Source of the DNA: Thermovirgaceae bacterium | GTDB lineage: Bacteria > Synergistota > Synergistia > Synergistales > Thermovirgaceae | Direction: 5' to 3' | Assembly: GCA_040767805.1 (NCBI GenBank) | Contig: JAXGNU010000001.1 | Coordinates: 64,001-128,000 of the forward strand | DNA length: 64,000 bases | Translations under genes and position numbers: made by a program | Shown: positions 27,636 to 37,442 of the stretch, in pieces | Position numbering within the stretch: the stretch's first letter is position 1 | Layout of the letters: every line of letters starts with the position of its first letter | Notes under the pieces: generated by a model | Told to the model about the DNA's origin: nothing | Databases searched by the model: none | The model's input: the letters and a program-made list of their open reading frames with translations, nothing else

Positions 27636-28787
27636 TTAACCCAGTAAAACCCTTTCTCTCGCCCAGGACACGAGTTCAAGGGCATCCATCCAGGAACGGG
27701 GTCTCCCCCTGGGACAGGAGGATAACACTCTCTCTATCGTCGGGGCGATGTCCGTAAAAGAGATCCGCCCCTCCATGAACAGGTTCACGGCCCCTTCGTC
27801 GGCCCCGATGAGGAGCGGGGGGTAGGCACCGCCGAGGCGGCAGGCTTCCTTGGCCAGGGTGAGACAGGGGAATCTCTCTTCGTCGGGTTCCATGAACACC
27901 AGGTCCACGCCGGGAAATCCCGGTGGTGACAGGTCCGGGTCCGGGTTAACCAAGCGCCTTCCCATCCCAAAGGCGGACATTATCGCCAGCTTCATATCCG
28001 GCTTTGAGTAGAGCATCTTGATCGATCCATCGGTGAATTCGACCATGCCGTGGATGAGGGCCTGGGGGTGGATCACGGCTTCTATCTTCCCGATGGGCAA
28101 CCCGAAAAGGTGATGGGCCTCGATCATCTCGATGCCCTTGTTCATCAGGGTTGCGCTGTCGACAGAGATCTTTTTCCCCATGGGCCAGACAGGGTGACGG
28201 CTGGCCCTTTCAAAGGTGACCTCCCGCAGCTCCTCCAACGGACTATGGAGGAAAGGCCCACCGGACGCGGTGAGAAAGACCCTTTCCACGGAGGAATCCG
28301 CCTCGCCCCTGAGGCACTGCCAAATAGCGTTATGTTCGCTGTCCAGGGGTATGATATTCCCTTGGGCCATCGGCATGACCCATTCACCAGCCGCGACGAG
28401 GATCTCCTTGTTGGCGAGGAAGACCTTTTTCCCCTTTTGGAGCGCCCCAATAAGGGCGGAAAGGGCGCCTGTCCCGGAAGAGGCGAAGACCACTTCTTCG
28501 TTGAGGGGGTCTTCGACCAATGAGAGGAGAGCTTCCTCCCCGCCTCGGCAGGCGAACTCCGATCCCGCTATCCTGCAGAGCCTTTCCGAGGAGTCCTGGT
28601 CGGCCAGGACCAAAAGCTCGCTCTTGAATCGTCTTCCCAGCCCCAACAAACCCTCGGCGTTCTTCTCCGCGGCGAGGGCCCTGACCCGGAAAAGGTCGGG
28701 GAACAAAGAACAAACCTCAAGGACTGATCGTCCCACGCTCCCCGTGGCCCCGATGACGGCGATGTTCCTGGTCTTCATGGTTACCAA
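27636..28787 (-). CDS. dxr: 1-deoxy-D-xylulose-5-phosphate reductoisomerase
   Basis: GATGSVG, LANKE, PLDSEH, TASGGPF, W.MG.KISVDSATLMNKG. Confidence 0.96.
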   Translation of the reverse strand: MVTMKTRNIAVIGATGSVGRSVLEVCSLFPDLFRVRALAAEKNAEGLLGLGRRFKSELLVLADQDSSERLCRIAGSEFACRGGEEALLSLVEDPLNEEVVFASSGTGALSALIGALQKGKKVFLANKEILVAAGEWVMPMAQGNIIPLDSEHNAIWQCLRGEADSSVERVFLTASGGPFLHSPLEELREVTFERASRHPVWPMGKKISVDSATLMNKGIEMIEAHHLFGLPIGKIEAVIHPQALIHGMVEFTDGSIKMLYSKPDMKLAIMSAFGMGRRLVNPDPDLSPPGFPGVDLVFMEPDEERFPCLTLAKEACRLGGAYPPLLIGADEGAVNLFMEGRISFTDIAPTIERVLSSCPRGRPRSWMDALELVSWARERVLLG

Positions 28788-29602
28788 AGCACCCCGAAGA
28801 CAAAAAACACCAGGACCGAGTTGATAAGGATGCTGTCGAACCTGTCCAGCATCCCTCCATGACCGGGGATCAGGTCACCCGTGTCCTTGATGCCCGCTTC
28901 CCGTTTAAGCAGCGACTCGGCAAGATCGCCGACCTGGCCGAAGGTGCCGCAAAAAAGGGCGATGAGGATGATCGAAAAAGGCGCCATGCCCCAATAATAG
29001 GCCAGGCATCCTCCGCAAAGAAGGCTGCCGGTCAGGCCGCCGAGGAATCCCTCGACGGTCTTTTTCGGGCTGACCGAGGGACAGAGGGGCGTCTCCCCCC
29101 ACCTGGAACCCACGAGGTAGGAGAAGACATCGCACGACCAGGTGCACGCGAAGAGGGCCACCAGTAAGTATGTGCCCCACATATGGTCCCGGAGGACCAC
29201 CATGAAGGACCAGGGGAGGACGATGTATAGTATGCCGGCGGCGGTCCCCCCCGAACTGGTGATCCCGTGGCTTTCGCCGAGAATATGTTTTCTCGCCAAC
29301 TCCACAAAGAGAACAAGCATGGGGGCCGCCGCCAGGAGGGGCAACAATACCGCTGGGTCTTCGGAATACACGGCGGCGAAAAGGGAGGAGATCCCGGCGC
29401 CGAAACCTACTACCCTGGAAACGTGCCCTCTCCGGCTGATCATCCTGTAATACTCTCCCAGGGAGGCCATGCATATGAGCAAGCAAAGGGCGAACCAGTA
29501 GGGGTTGCCGAGGTAGATCCCTCCAAGGATCGCCAGGCCCAGCGCTAAACCGCTGGCAGAACGCACGATCGTTTCCCTTTGGAAAAGGCTACCCCGCTCC
29601 AT
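28781..29602 (-). CDS. cdsA: Phosphatidate cytidylyltransferase
   Basis: Multiple TM helices, SPKKTVEG, ESLLKR..IKD, PGHGGMLDRFDS; start uncertain. Confidence 0.94.
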   Translation of the reverse strand: MERGSLFQRETIVRSASGLALGLAILGGIYLGNPYWFALCLLICMASLGEYYRMISRRGHVSRVVGFGAGISSLFAAVYSEDPAVLLPLLAAAPMLVLFVELARKHILGESHGITSSGGTAAGILYIVLPWSFMVVLRDHMWGTYLLVALFACTWSCDVFSYLVGSRWGETPLCPSVSPKKTVEGFLGGLTGSLLCGGCLAYYWGMAPFSIILIALFCGTFGQVGDLAESLLKREAGIKDTGDLIPGHGGMLDRFDSILINSVLVFFVFGVLW

Positions 29603-30293
29603 ATCTCCGCTCCTTGAGGGAATAATATTCCAGTGCTTTTTCGAAATCTTCCTCACCGAAATCAGGCCAAAGGGTGTCGGTGAAGAAGAATTCCGCGTAG
29701 GCCGATTCCCATAGCAGGAAGTTGCTTATCCTCACCTCTCCGCTTGTCCTGATCACCAGGTCCGGGTCAGGTATACCGGGGCGGTAGAGGTTGGCCGAGA
29801 TCAGTTCCTCGGTGACTTCCCCGGCGAAGCCCTTTCGCAGAAGCCTGTTGACCCCGTCGACGATCTCCTGCCTGCCTCCGTAATTCAGGCACACTACAAC
29901 CGTAAGAAGGTCTCCGCGGGCCGTAGCTTTCTCGAAAAGGGCGATCTCATCCCGAAGGTCCTCGTCGAGTTGGTCGATCCTGCCCGAGAAGACCATCTTG
30001 ACCCCGTTTTCGGCCAGTTCATCTCTCTTGGACTTCAGGTAGGTCCTAAGAAGCGAAAGGAGGCCCTCGACCTCAACCCGGGGCCGTTTCCAGTTTTCCG
30101 TGGAAAAGGCGAAAAGAGACAGGTAATCCAGGCCCGGCGTGGAAGCGGCCGCGCGTATGACCCTTTCCACGGCCTTGGCCCCCTCGCGGTGACCGGCAAG
30201 CCGCGGGAGACCTCTCTTGAGGGCCCAGCGGCCGTTGCCATCCATTATGATCGCCACGTGGGAAGGTGTTTTGGTCTCTCTTTCTATCGGCAT
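29589..30293 (-). CDS. uppS: Undecaprenyl diphosphate synthase
   Basis: HVAIIMDGNGRWA, FSTENWKR, NYGGR, RTSGE.RISNF. Confidence 0.96.
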   Translation of the reverse strand: MPIERETKTPSHVAIIMDGNGRWALKRGLPRLAGHREGAKAVERVIRAAASTPGLDYLSLFAFSTENWKRPRVEVEGLLSLLRTYLKSKRDELAENGVKMVFSGRIDQLDEDLRDEIALFEKATARGDLLTVVVCLNYGGRQEIVDGVNRLLRKGFAGEVTEELISANLYRPGIPDPDLVIRTSGEVRISNFLLWESAYAEFFFTDTLWPDFGEEDFEKALEYYSLKERRYGAG

Positions 30294-30889
30294 TGCAGCC
30301 AACGATCCCTTACCTCCTGGATATCCATCCACGTCAGGTCCTTGGGGCTACCCTTCTTCTTCGACTGGTTTCTCAGAAGAAAACTAGGGTGGAACATGGG
30401 CATGACCTTTATGCCCTTCCAGTCGAACCATTTTCCCCGCACCCTGGAAATGCTTTCGCCCGTTTTAAGGATCCACTTGGTCGAGGTCATCCCGAGGCAG
30501 ACAAGGATAGACGGGTTAATCAGGGCTATCTGGGCTTTCAGGAAATCCTCGCATGCTAGCATCTCCTCTATGGAAGGGACCCGGTTTCCCGGAGGTCTGC
30601 ACTTCACCACGTTCGTTATGAAGATATCCTTCCTGTCGATTCCGGCAGCCTCGAGGATCCTGGTCAAAAGCTGACCGGCCTTTCCCACAAAGGGGATACC
30701 TTGCTGGTCCTCTTCGAGCCCGGGGGCCTCACCGACGAAAAGCAGCCGGGCGGACCTGTCGCCTTCACCAAAGACGACATTCCGCCTCTCCGAAGCCAGG
30801 GGGCACTTCTTACACTGCTTCACGGCACGGGTCAGTGTCTCCCAGGCTTCGGCCCTGTGATCGAGGGAAATTCCCTTCCCCGGCATCAT
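30284..30889 (-). CDS. Uracil-DNA glycosylase, family 4 (Fe-S)
   Basis: CKKC, GEAPG..ED..G.PFVG, NVVKCRPP.NR, HPSF. Confidence 0.94.
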   Translation of the reverse strand: MMPGKGISLDHRAEAWETLTRAVKQCKKCPLASERRNVVFGEGDRSARLLFVGEAPGLEEDQQGIPFVGKAGQLLTRILEAAGIDRKDIFITNVVKCRPPGNRVPSIEEMLACEDFLKAQIALINPSILVCLGMTSTKWILKTGESISRVRGKWFDWKGIKVMPMFHPSFLLRNQSKKKGSPKDLTWMDIQEVRDRWLQCR

Positions 30890-31731
30890 TAGGTATCCAC
30901 CCCAACGAAGGAGATGTCCACCCGGTGCACGTCCAGCCCCGTGATCCCCGAAATCGCCCGGGAAGTCCTGTCTCGTAGGCTCTCTCCCAAAAGTACCATC
31001 GACCTTTGACCGGGTTTAAACCCGAGCTCTATAAGGATAGAAACGCCCCCATTTGCGGGCCGGGTCTGAACCGACGCCACCGTGGATACCTGGGCCGTCC
31101 TTTCGGCGATAAAACGGGCCATCTGGTTGATTGCCTCCGGGTCGATGCTGACCTTGCCGAAGAACTTGAAGGGTGGCCGCACGATGGTCTTCTCACCCTC
31201 CATGCCGTCGGAATTGTCGAAAAGGACCTTCAGTCTTCCCACCAGTTTCCCGGCGAAATGTTTCCTGACCTGTATGTGGGATACGGGAATGACATGCCGT
31301 CCCTTGAAGGACCTCTCCTTTTTCGCCCGGGAAATCTCCTGGGGGGAGGAGACATCCTCGATCCGGGTGATCTTTTCAGGGGACGGGAGGCCGAGGTTGT
31401 CCAGTATGCGGGACGCCATCCCTGACGAGGTGGCGATGAGCATCACTGAACAAGGCTGGCAGTCGCGAAGGTAATCCACCACGGACCTCCTGTGATCGGC
31501 GTACTGGAAAAGGGCCCTCCTTATGGCACGGACCTGGTTCTTTTCGGTCTTGGCGCTTTTCCCCCGGACGATCTGACCCCTCCTGATCAGGAGACCGTCG
31601 TCGATGATGAAATCCACACCGAATTCCTGGGCTACCAGCTGTGCCCTTTGGCTTTTCCCAGTCCCGGCGGGGCCCACAAAGGCGAAGACCCTGACTTTAT
31701 CGAGAAGGATTTTTCCGGTCTCCTCAACCAA
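30889..31731 (-). CDS. Conserved hypothetical protein: N-terminal P-loop domain plus C-terminal Asp23-like domain
   Basis: GPAGTGKS Walker A, IIDDGLLI; C-terminal GKVSID...ITGLDVHRVDI; start uncertain (TTG 31731 or 31773). Confidence 0.75.
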   Translation of the reverse strand: MVEETGKILLDKVRVFAFVGPAGTGKSQRAQLVAQEFGVDFIIDDGLLIRRGQIVRGKSAKTEKNQVRAIRRALFQYADHRRSVVDYLRDCQPCSVMLIATSSGMASRILDNLGLPSPEKITRIEDVSSPQEISRAKKERSFKGRHVIPVSHIQVRKHFAGKLVGRLKVLFDNSDGMEGEKTIVRPPFKFFGKVSIDPEAINQMARFIAERTAQVSTVASVQTRPANGGVSILIELGFKPGQRSMVLLGESLRDRTSRAISGITGLDVHRVDISFVGVDT

Positions 31732-32833
31732 GTTTCGCCAACACCTTTTTAAGTGATGAAAGAAAGAGATCATTCTCTTCGGGCAACCCCACGGTAACCC
31801 TCAGGAACCCGCCCAGACCCAGGTCGCTGGCTTTCCTTACGATCACTCCTTCACGCAGGAGGCCTTCGTAGACCTCGTCGCTCTTCTTGTGCCTGACCAG
31901 GAGGAAGTTCGTCCGGGTCTGCTCCGAGTGGACCCCTATCTCGGACAAGCCCTTGGTGACCCTGTTCTTCTCGGAGATGGTCTTCAACCGGATGTCGTTT
32001 ACGTATTCCGTCTCGAGCAAGGCGGCATGGGCCGCGTATTGCCCTACCCTGCTGACTTCGAAGACGGGGTGGATCTTGTCGTAGGCATCGGCCACTGTTT
32101 TGGGGGCTATCGCGTACCCCACACGAAGGGAGGCCAGGCCGTAGATCTTTGAGAAGGTCCTCGTTATCACGACCCTGCCTATGTCCCTGAACAATTCGAT
32201 CCCTGACAGGTATGTTGGGTCATCCACGTATTCGGCGTAGGCCTCGTCGACGACAAGCAGAATTTGCCGGGAGTCCAGCTCATGGGCGAGGCTCAGCATC
32301 CTTTCCCGTTCCAAGAACGTCCCCAGCGGATTGCTGGGATTGGACAGGACCACGGCCTTGACCCTTTCAGTACAGGCTTCGACAATGTCCTTTATTTCCC
32401 AGGTACCTCCCTCGCGGACAGGTACTTCGACGAAGGCGGCGCCGGAAGCTATGGCCGCCACCCGGTAGAGCGGGTAGGTCGGCACAGGGCAGACTATACC
32501 GTCGCCGACCGCGATTATCGAGTGGAAGAGAGAATGAAGGATACTCTCGGTGCCGGCCCCGATGATGATCTCCCCCGTGGAGACACCCCACTTCCGCGCC
32601 AGGAGACGCCTGAGCCTGTATGACTGGGGGTCGGGGTACCGGTTCACATTCTCCAGGCTGGTCTGGATCGCTCTCTTGACCGAATCGGGGAGGGGCCATG
32701 GGTTCTCGTTTGAACTCAACCGGACGATCTTTTCAAGCCCCAGTTCCCTTTGCAGTTCGCTGATCGGTTTACCGTAACGGTACTTTTCGACGCCCGACAG
32801 GTCGTTCCTGATCAAATTCCTAAGCCATGCCAA
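31724..32833 (-). CDS. hisC: Histidinol-phosphate aminotransferase family (class II PLP)
   Basis: LSSNENP, NRYPD, NPSNPLG, DEAY, RTFSKIYGLASLRVGY. Confidence 0.88.
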   Translation of the reverse strand: MAWLRNLIRNDLSGVEKYRYGKPISELQRELGLEKIVRLSSNENPWPLPDSVKRAIQTSLENVNRYPDPQSYRLRRLLARKWGVSTGEIIIGAGTESILHSLFHSIIAVGDGIVCPVPTYPLYRVAAIASGAAFVEVPVREGGTWEIKDIVEACTERVKAVVLSNPSNPLGTFLERERMLSLAHELDSRQILLVVDEAYAEYVDDPTYLSGIELFRDIGRVVITRTFSKIYGLASLRVGYAIAPKTVADAYDKIHPVFEVSRVGQYAAHAALLETEYVNDIRLKTISEKNRVTKGLSEIGVHSEQTRTNFLLVRHKKSDEVYEGLLREGVIVRKASDLGLGGFLRVTVGLPEENDLFLSSLKKVLAKLG

Positions 32834-32860
32834 TTTTCATACCTCGCTTTTTGACGGGCC

Positions 32861-34144
32861 TCACCATTTGAGGTCACCGTTCTCCTCGGACACGACGATC
32901 TTGACCTGTCCGCCGAGGCTCCTTATCTTTTCGTCCATCCTTTCGTAACCCCGCCAAATATGCCCGAGACCGAAGAGGGATGTTTCGTCCGGGGAGGAAA
33001 GCCCGGCTATCACGAGGGCTGCTCCAGCTCTCAGGTCTGTGGCCCTGACGTCGGCTCCGTTGAGCGATGGGATACCGGAGACCACGGCGGTATTCCCCTG
33101 GAGTTCTATGTTGGCGCCCATCCTCTTCAGTTCGCTCACGTGGAGGAAACGAGATTCGAATACACCTTCCTGGATGATGCTCGTCCCCTCCGAGATGGCC
33201 ATGAGAGCCGTGAACTGGGGCTGCACATCCGTAGGGAAACCCGGGTAAGGGAGCGTCTTCAGGGATACGCTCTTCATGGGGTACTTCCAGAAGGCCCTGA
33301 CCCTGTCCTCCCCTGCTTCGATGCCGACCCCCGCTTCCTCCAGTTTGGCCGTGATGGCGTCGAGATGTTCCGGGATGACCCGTGAAACCGTCACATCGCC
33401 TTTCGTGGCCGGCCCCGCTATCAAGTAGGTGCTGGCCTCGATCCTGTCGGGAATAATTTCTATCTCGCACCCCTCGAGTTCGCTGGTGCCCTGGATGTGG
33501 AGGGTGCCGGTGCCGGATCCCTCTATCGAACACCCCATGAGGTTCAACGTCTCGATGAGGTTCTTGATCTCCGGTTCACGGGCGGCATTTTCTATCACCG
33601 TCTCACCTTCAGCAAAGACCGCCGCCATGAGAAGGTTTTCCGTGGCCCCTACGGAGGGGAAGTCGAGGTAGATCTTCGAACCCTTCAACGCTTCGGCGCT
33701 GGCGTGCACCGCCCCGTGGACCAAGTCGATATTTGCACCCAATCGCGCGAGTCCCTTAAGGTGTAAGTCAATGGGCCTGCTGCCGATGGCGCAACCGCCG
33801 GGAAGGGGGAGAATCGCCCTTTTAGTCCGAGCCAGCAGGGGCCCCAAGACAAGGGAAGAGGCTCTCATCTTCCGGACCAGGGATTTGGGCGTCTCCCAGT
33901 TGAGCTCCTCGGGGACGAAAATGCTCATCTCGTTGTCCTTGAAGTGCACGCTCGCGCCCAAGTGCCTCAGGAGGTCGGCCATGGTGAAGATATCCTGCAA
34001 CTTGGGAACCCTCCGCAACCTGAGGGTTTTGTCTCTCAGAAGCAAGGAGGATGCTATCACGGGAAGGGCGGCGTTTTTCGCTCCCTGTATGTCGATGGAT
34101 CCCTCCAGCGGTTTGCCCCCGTGGATCAACATTTTATAGTTCAA
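32861..34144 (-). CDS. murA: UDP-N-acetylglucosamine 1-carboxyvinyltransferase
   Basis: GAKNAALP, PGGCAIGSRP, SVGATEN, PGFPTD, TDLRAG. Confidence 0.97.
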   Translation of the reverse strand: MNYKMLIHGGKPLEGSIDIQGAKNAALPVIASSLLLRDKTLRLRRVPKLQDIFTMADLLRHLGASVHFKDNEMSIFVPEELNWETPKSLVRKMRASSLVLGPLLARTKRAILPLPGGCAIGSRPIDLHLKGLARLGANIDLVHGAVHASAEALKGSKIYLDFPSVGATENLLMAAVFAEGETVIENAAREPEIKNLIETLNLMGCSIEGSGTGTLHIQGTSELEGCEIEIIPDRIEASTYLIAGPATKGDVTVSRVIPEHLDAITAKLEEAGVGIEAGEDRVRAFWKYPMKSVSLKTLPYPGFPTDVQPQFTALMAISEGTSIIQEGVFESRFLHVSELKRMGANIELQGNTAVVSGIPSLNGADVRATDLRAGAALVIAGLSSPDETSLFGLGHIWRGYERMDEKIRSLGGQVKIVVSEENGDLKW

Positions 34145-34162
34145 AAGATCACCCCTTAAGGT

Positions 34163-35350
34163 CTATTGTATCAGGCCGTCTCCGCCCGGATTGAGCCGGG
34201 TCTCTGATAAAAAAAGTTCTTCGATGGACCCGACGATCTTCTCCGAAGCGTCCCCGGAACCGAAGGGGAGTTCGCCCTGGGCCGCGTCACCGGGAAACCC
34301 CTCCCAGTCCCCCCGGAGAACTCTTCTCGCGGCGGCCAGGATGCGGTCCGGGTCGGTCCCGACGAGAAGGGAAGTCCCAAACTCGATCGCCTCGGGGCGT
34401 TCTGTCAACTCCCTCATGACCAGCGTGGGGGTCCTCAGGACGGTGGTCTCCTCCTGGATCCCCCCGCTGTCGGTGAGGATGAGATCGCTCCTCTTCATGG
34501 ACCAGATAAAGTCGGGATAATCCAGCGGCTCACAGAGAATTATCCTTTTCTCTTTCGGGAGCGTCTCATGGAATACCCTCCTGACCTCCGGGTTCCGATG
34601 CATGGGGACTATCGCCCAAAGGTCGGCATTCTCCGCCATTAACGTGGCGACGGCGGTACAGATCCCCCTGAGGGGTTCGCCCCAGGATTCCCTCCTGTGA
34701 GCGGTCAAGAGCATCACCGGCGACGAGGGCGGTATGGACGAGAGAACCTCGACGGAGGGCGAGGAAACCTTCTCTGCGGCGAGAACCAAGGCATCGATGA
34801 CGGTGTTTCCCGTCTTTACCACCCTCGAAGGGTCGCACCCCTCCTTGAGGAGATTGTCCCTCGCACCTTCCGTCGGGGCAAACCACCAACCGGCCACGCG
34901 GTCGGAGATGATCCTGTTCAATTCCTCGGGGAAGGGCAAGTTCACATTCCCGCTCCTCAAGCCAGCCTCGACATGGCCGATCCGGTATCGCCGGTAGAAA
35001 GCCGCCAAGGAAGCGGCCATCGACGTGGTAGTGTCGCCATGGACTAGAACGAAAAAGGGCTTGAGTTCCTCCAGGATTGCCCCAACTTCCATGAGCACCC
35101 TGGAAGTAATATAATCCAGGCTCTGGCCCTCCTTCATGATGGCCAGGTCCCGGTCGGGCTCGATGCCGAAGAAATCGAGGGGCTGCCTCATCATGCAACT
35201 GTGCTGACCCGTGGCGAGCACATAGGGCGAAAGGAGGGCGCTCTTCCTTAGCGCGAGTATGACGGGGGCCATCTTGATCGCTTCCGGCCGGGTGCCGATG
35301 ACGCAGCAGACAACGCCCTTCGCGGACACGTCCCTTCGATCCTTTCTCAT
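34163..35350 (-). CDS. wecB: UDP-N-acetylglucosamine 2-epimerase (non-hydrolysing)
   Basis: GTRPEAIK, TGQH, HGDTTT, HVEAGLRS, TDSGGIQEE; ATG 35350 overlaps the upstream stop. Confidence 0.95.
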   Translation of the reverse strand: MRKDRRDVSAKGVVCCVIGTRPEAIKMAPVILALRKSALLSPYVLATGQHSCMMRQPLDFFGIEPDRDLAIMKEGQSLDYITSRVLMEVGAILEELKPFFVLVHGDTTTSMAASLAAFYRRYRIGHVEAGLRSGNVNLPFPEELNRIISDRVAGWWFAPTEGARDNLLKEGCDPSRVVKTGNTVIDALVLAAEKVSSPSVEVLSSIPPSSPVMLLTAHRRESWGEPLRGICTAVATLMAENADLWAIVPMHRNPEVRRVFHETLPKEKRIILCEPLDYPDFIWSMKRSDLILTDSGGIQEETTVLRTPTLVMRELTERPEAIEFGTSLLVGTDPDRILAAARRVLRGDWEGFPGDAAQGELPFGSGDASEKIVGSIEELFLSETRLNPGGDGLIQ

Positions 35351-36228
35351 GTCGCCCTTCGTCCCAGGAGAAAGATGGCCATCCATAGCGATAGTGAGTG
35401 GAGTGAGACCAGGATGGCCAGGACCGCCGAAAGAGGCAACCCCCTGTCGACCAGCAGGTGGTGGAAATGCCCCCGGTCCGGCTGGAAGGGGGAGATGCCC
35501 TTTAACGCCCTCCGGAGGAGGGAGTAAAGGGTGTCCGCCACGGGCACCCCCCCGACGAGGAGCATGGCCAGGAGCCAGGAGAGGATCCCCTTCCCTTCGA
35601 GTAGGGCCGGTAAGTCCCTGGCGAACTGGGAGACGCAGAGGAAACCTATCAGGGTGCTGCCGCCATCACCAAGGAAAGTCCTGGCGAAGGGGTAATTCCA
35701 GGGTAGCACGCCCAGGGAAAGCCCAAGAGCGACCGACCACCATGACCCCCCGGTGAGGTATAGGCCCGTAAGAGCCGTCAGTGAGAAAACGGTCAGGGAG
35801 AGGCCGTTTATTCCGTCCACCAGGTTATAGGCACTGGTGGTTCCGGTGATCCAAAGAATGACCGCCGCCTTCACGACCGGCTGGACCGGGATGCTCCAGG
35901 CGATAGTGACCGCGGCGGCGAGGTGGACCGCCAGCTTCCACGAGGCGGGAAGAGGGCGCATATCATCCATGTAGCCGAAAAGGAATACCACCGTCGCCCC
36001 GGTGGCAATGAGCCTGACGACCCCGCCCGGGTTGGGAACGAGGATGGCGTAGAGCAGGTAACCCACCCAGATGACTATCCCGGCGCCCCTCGGTGTGGTC
36101 GTGGGGTGTCTTTTCCTTCCGCCCGGTTCATCGACGATACCGTACTGCCGTGACAAGAATATCGATAGGGGTGTAACCGCCAGCGACCAGACCAGAAATA
36201 CCAGGAAAAGGACAAGTTTTTCCCGCAA
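35347..36228 (-). CDS. MraY/WecA/TagO-family undecaprenyl-phosphate GlcNAc-1-phosphate transferase
   Basis: Multi-TM; GYMDD, NLVDGINGL, FLGDGGS, DRGHFHH. Confidence 0.9.
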   Translation of the reverse strand: MREKLVLFLVFLVWSLAVTPLSIFLSRQYGIVDEPGGRKRHPTTTPRGAGIVIWVGYLLYAILVPNPGGVVRLIATGATVVFLFGYMDDMRPLPASWKLAVHLAAAVTIAWSIPVQPVVKAAVILWITGTTSAYNLVDGINGLSLTVFSLTALTGLYLTGGSWWSVALGLSLGVLPWNYPFARTFLGDGGSTLIGFLCVSQFARDLPALLEGKGILSWLLAMLLVGGVPVADTLYSLLRRALKGISPFQPDRGHFHHLLVDRGLPLSAVLAILVSLHSLSLWMAIFLLGRRAT

Positions 36229-36260
36229 ACCCAGTATCCTCCCTATGCTTTGGGGATGGC

Positions 36261-37361
36261 CTACCTTGTTCCGAAAAGGCGGTCGCCCGCATCCCCCAAC
36301 CCCGGGACTATGTAGCCATGGTCATCGAGGTGGCTGTCCAGGGCGGCCGTGAAGATGGTTACATCGGGGTGGCTGCCGTGGACCCTTGAAACACCCTCGG
36401 GGGCCGCTATCAAGCTGAGAAGGGAGATCTTCGATCCCCCCTTGTTTTTTACAAGATCGATGGCCGCGACGGCCGAACCCCCCGTCGCGAGCATGGGATC
36501 GACGATGATGATATCCCTTTCCCCGATATCACCGGGCAACTTGCAATAATACTCGTGGGGCTCCAGTGTTCCGGGGTCCCTGTATATTCCGATGTGCCCT
36601 ACCTTGGCGTTGGGGATGAGCTGGAGCATGCCGTCGACCATGCCCAAACCCGCTCTCAATATCGGTACGATGGCGATCTTCTTGCCGGAAATGGATCTCA
36701 CCGTGGTGGTCGTTATCGGCGTCTCGACAGTAACAGGCTCCAGGGGCAGGTTCCTGGTGGTCTCGTAGACCATCAGGCCGGCGATCTCCTGGACCAGCTC
36801 ACGGAAAACCTTAACCGAAGTGTTCTTGTTCCTAATGATGCCGATCTTGTGCTGTATCAGGGGGTGGTCGAAGGTGACAAGCCTTGGGGATCCTTCCGGT
36901 TCATTCACAGTAGAAGTACTTATCTCCTCGAAAGAGCTGATCTTCCTGATCCTGGCGGAGTGCCTTGAACCCTGGAATTCGGCCGAAAGCCACGCTCTCA
37001 CTATCCTGATCCCCGACTCGCAATCGGTCTTTCTTCCGCCAAGGGTCAGTATGTTAGCGTCATTATGCTCCCTGGCGAGCTTGCCCGTCTCTTCGTCATA
37101 GGCAAGGGCCGCGCGTATACCCGGGATCTTGTTGGCGGCAATGGACATCCCGATGCCGGTGCCGCATACCAGGATCCCAAGGTCATACTCCCTCCTCACC
37201 ACCCTGGATCCAACGTCGAAGGCCGCATCGGGGTAGTCAAAGGGGATTCCCGGGCCCTGGGCGCCGAAATCCCCCGTTGTGATCGATAATCCCTGCAGCG
37301 ACTTTTCAATACAGCTCTTAAGATTGAAGCCGGCGTGGTCTGAGCCAAGCGCGATCCGCAT
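36261..37361 (-). CDS. rpiB-upp: Fused ribose-5-phosphate isomerase B / uracil phosphoribosyltransferase
   Basis: N-terminal ~145 aa: [33 protein letters not shown]-terminal ~210 aa: [35 protein letters not shown]; one continuous frame. Confidence 0.93.
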   Translation of the reverse strand: MRIALGSDHAGFNLKSCIEKSLQGLSITTGDFGAQGPGIPFDYPDAAFDVGSRVVRREYDLGILVCGTGIGMSIAANKIPGIRAALAYDEETGKLAREHNDANILTLGGRKTDCESGIRIVRAWLSAEFQGSRHSARIRKISSFEEISTSTVNEPEGSPRLVTFDHPLIQHKIGIIRNKNTSVKVFRELVQEIAGLMVYETTRNLPLEPVTVETPITTTTVRSISGKKIAIVPILRAGLGMVDGMLQLIPNAKVGHIGIYRDPGTLEPHEYYCKLPGDIGERDIIIVDPMLATGGSAVAAIDLVKNKGGSKISLLSLIAAPEGVSRVHGSHPDVTIFTAALDSHLDDHGYIVPGLGDAGDRLFGTR

Positions 37362-37442
37362 TCCATTGCCCCCTGTCCTGGTATCACTTTATCATCATAT
37401 CATCCTCGGGCCGGCTGAAATGGCAGGCGCCGCTCCAGCCCA

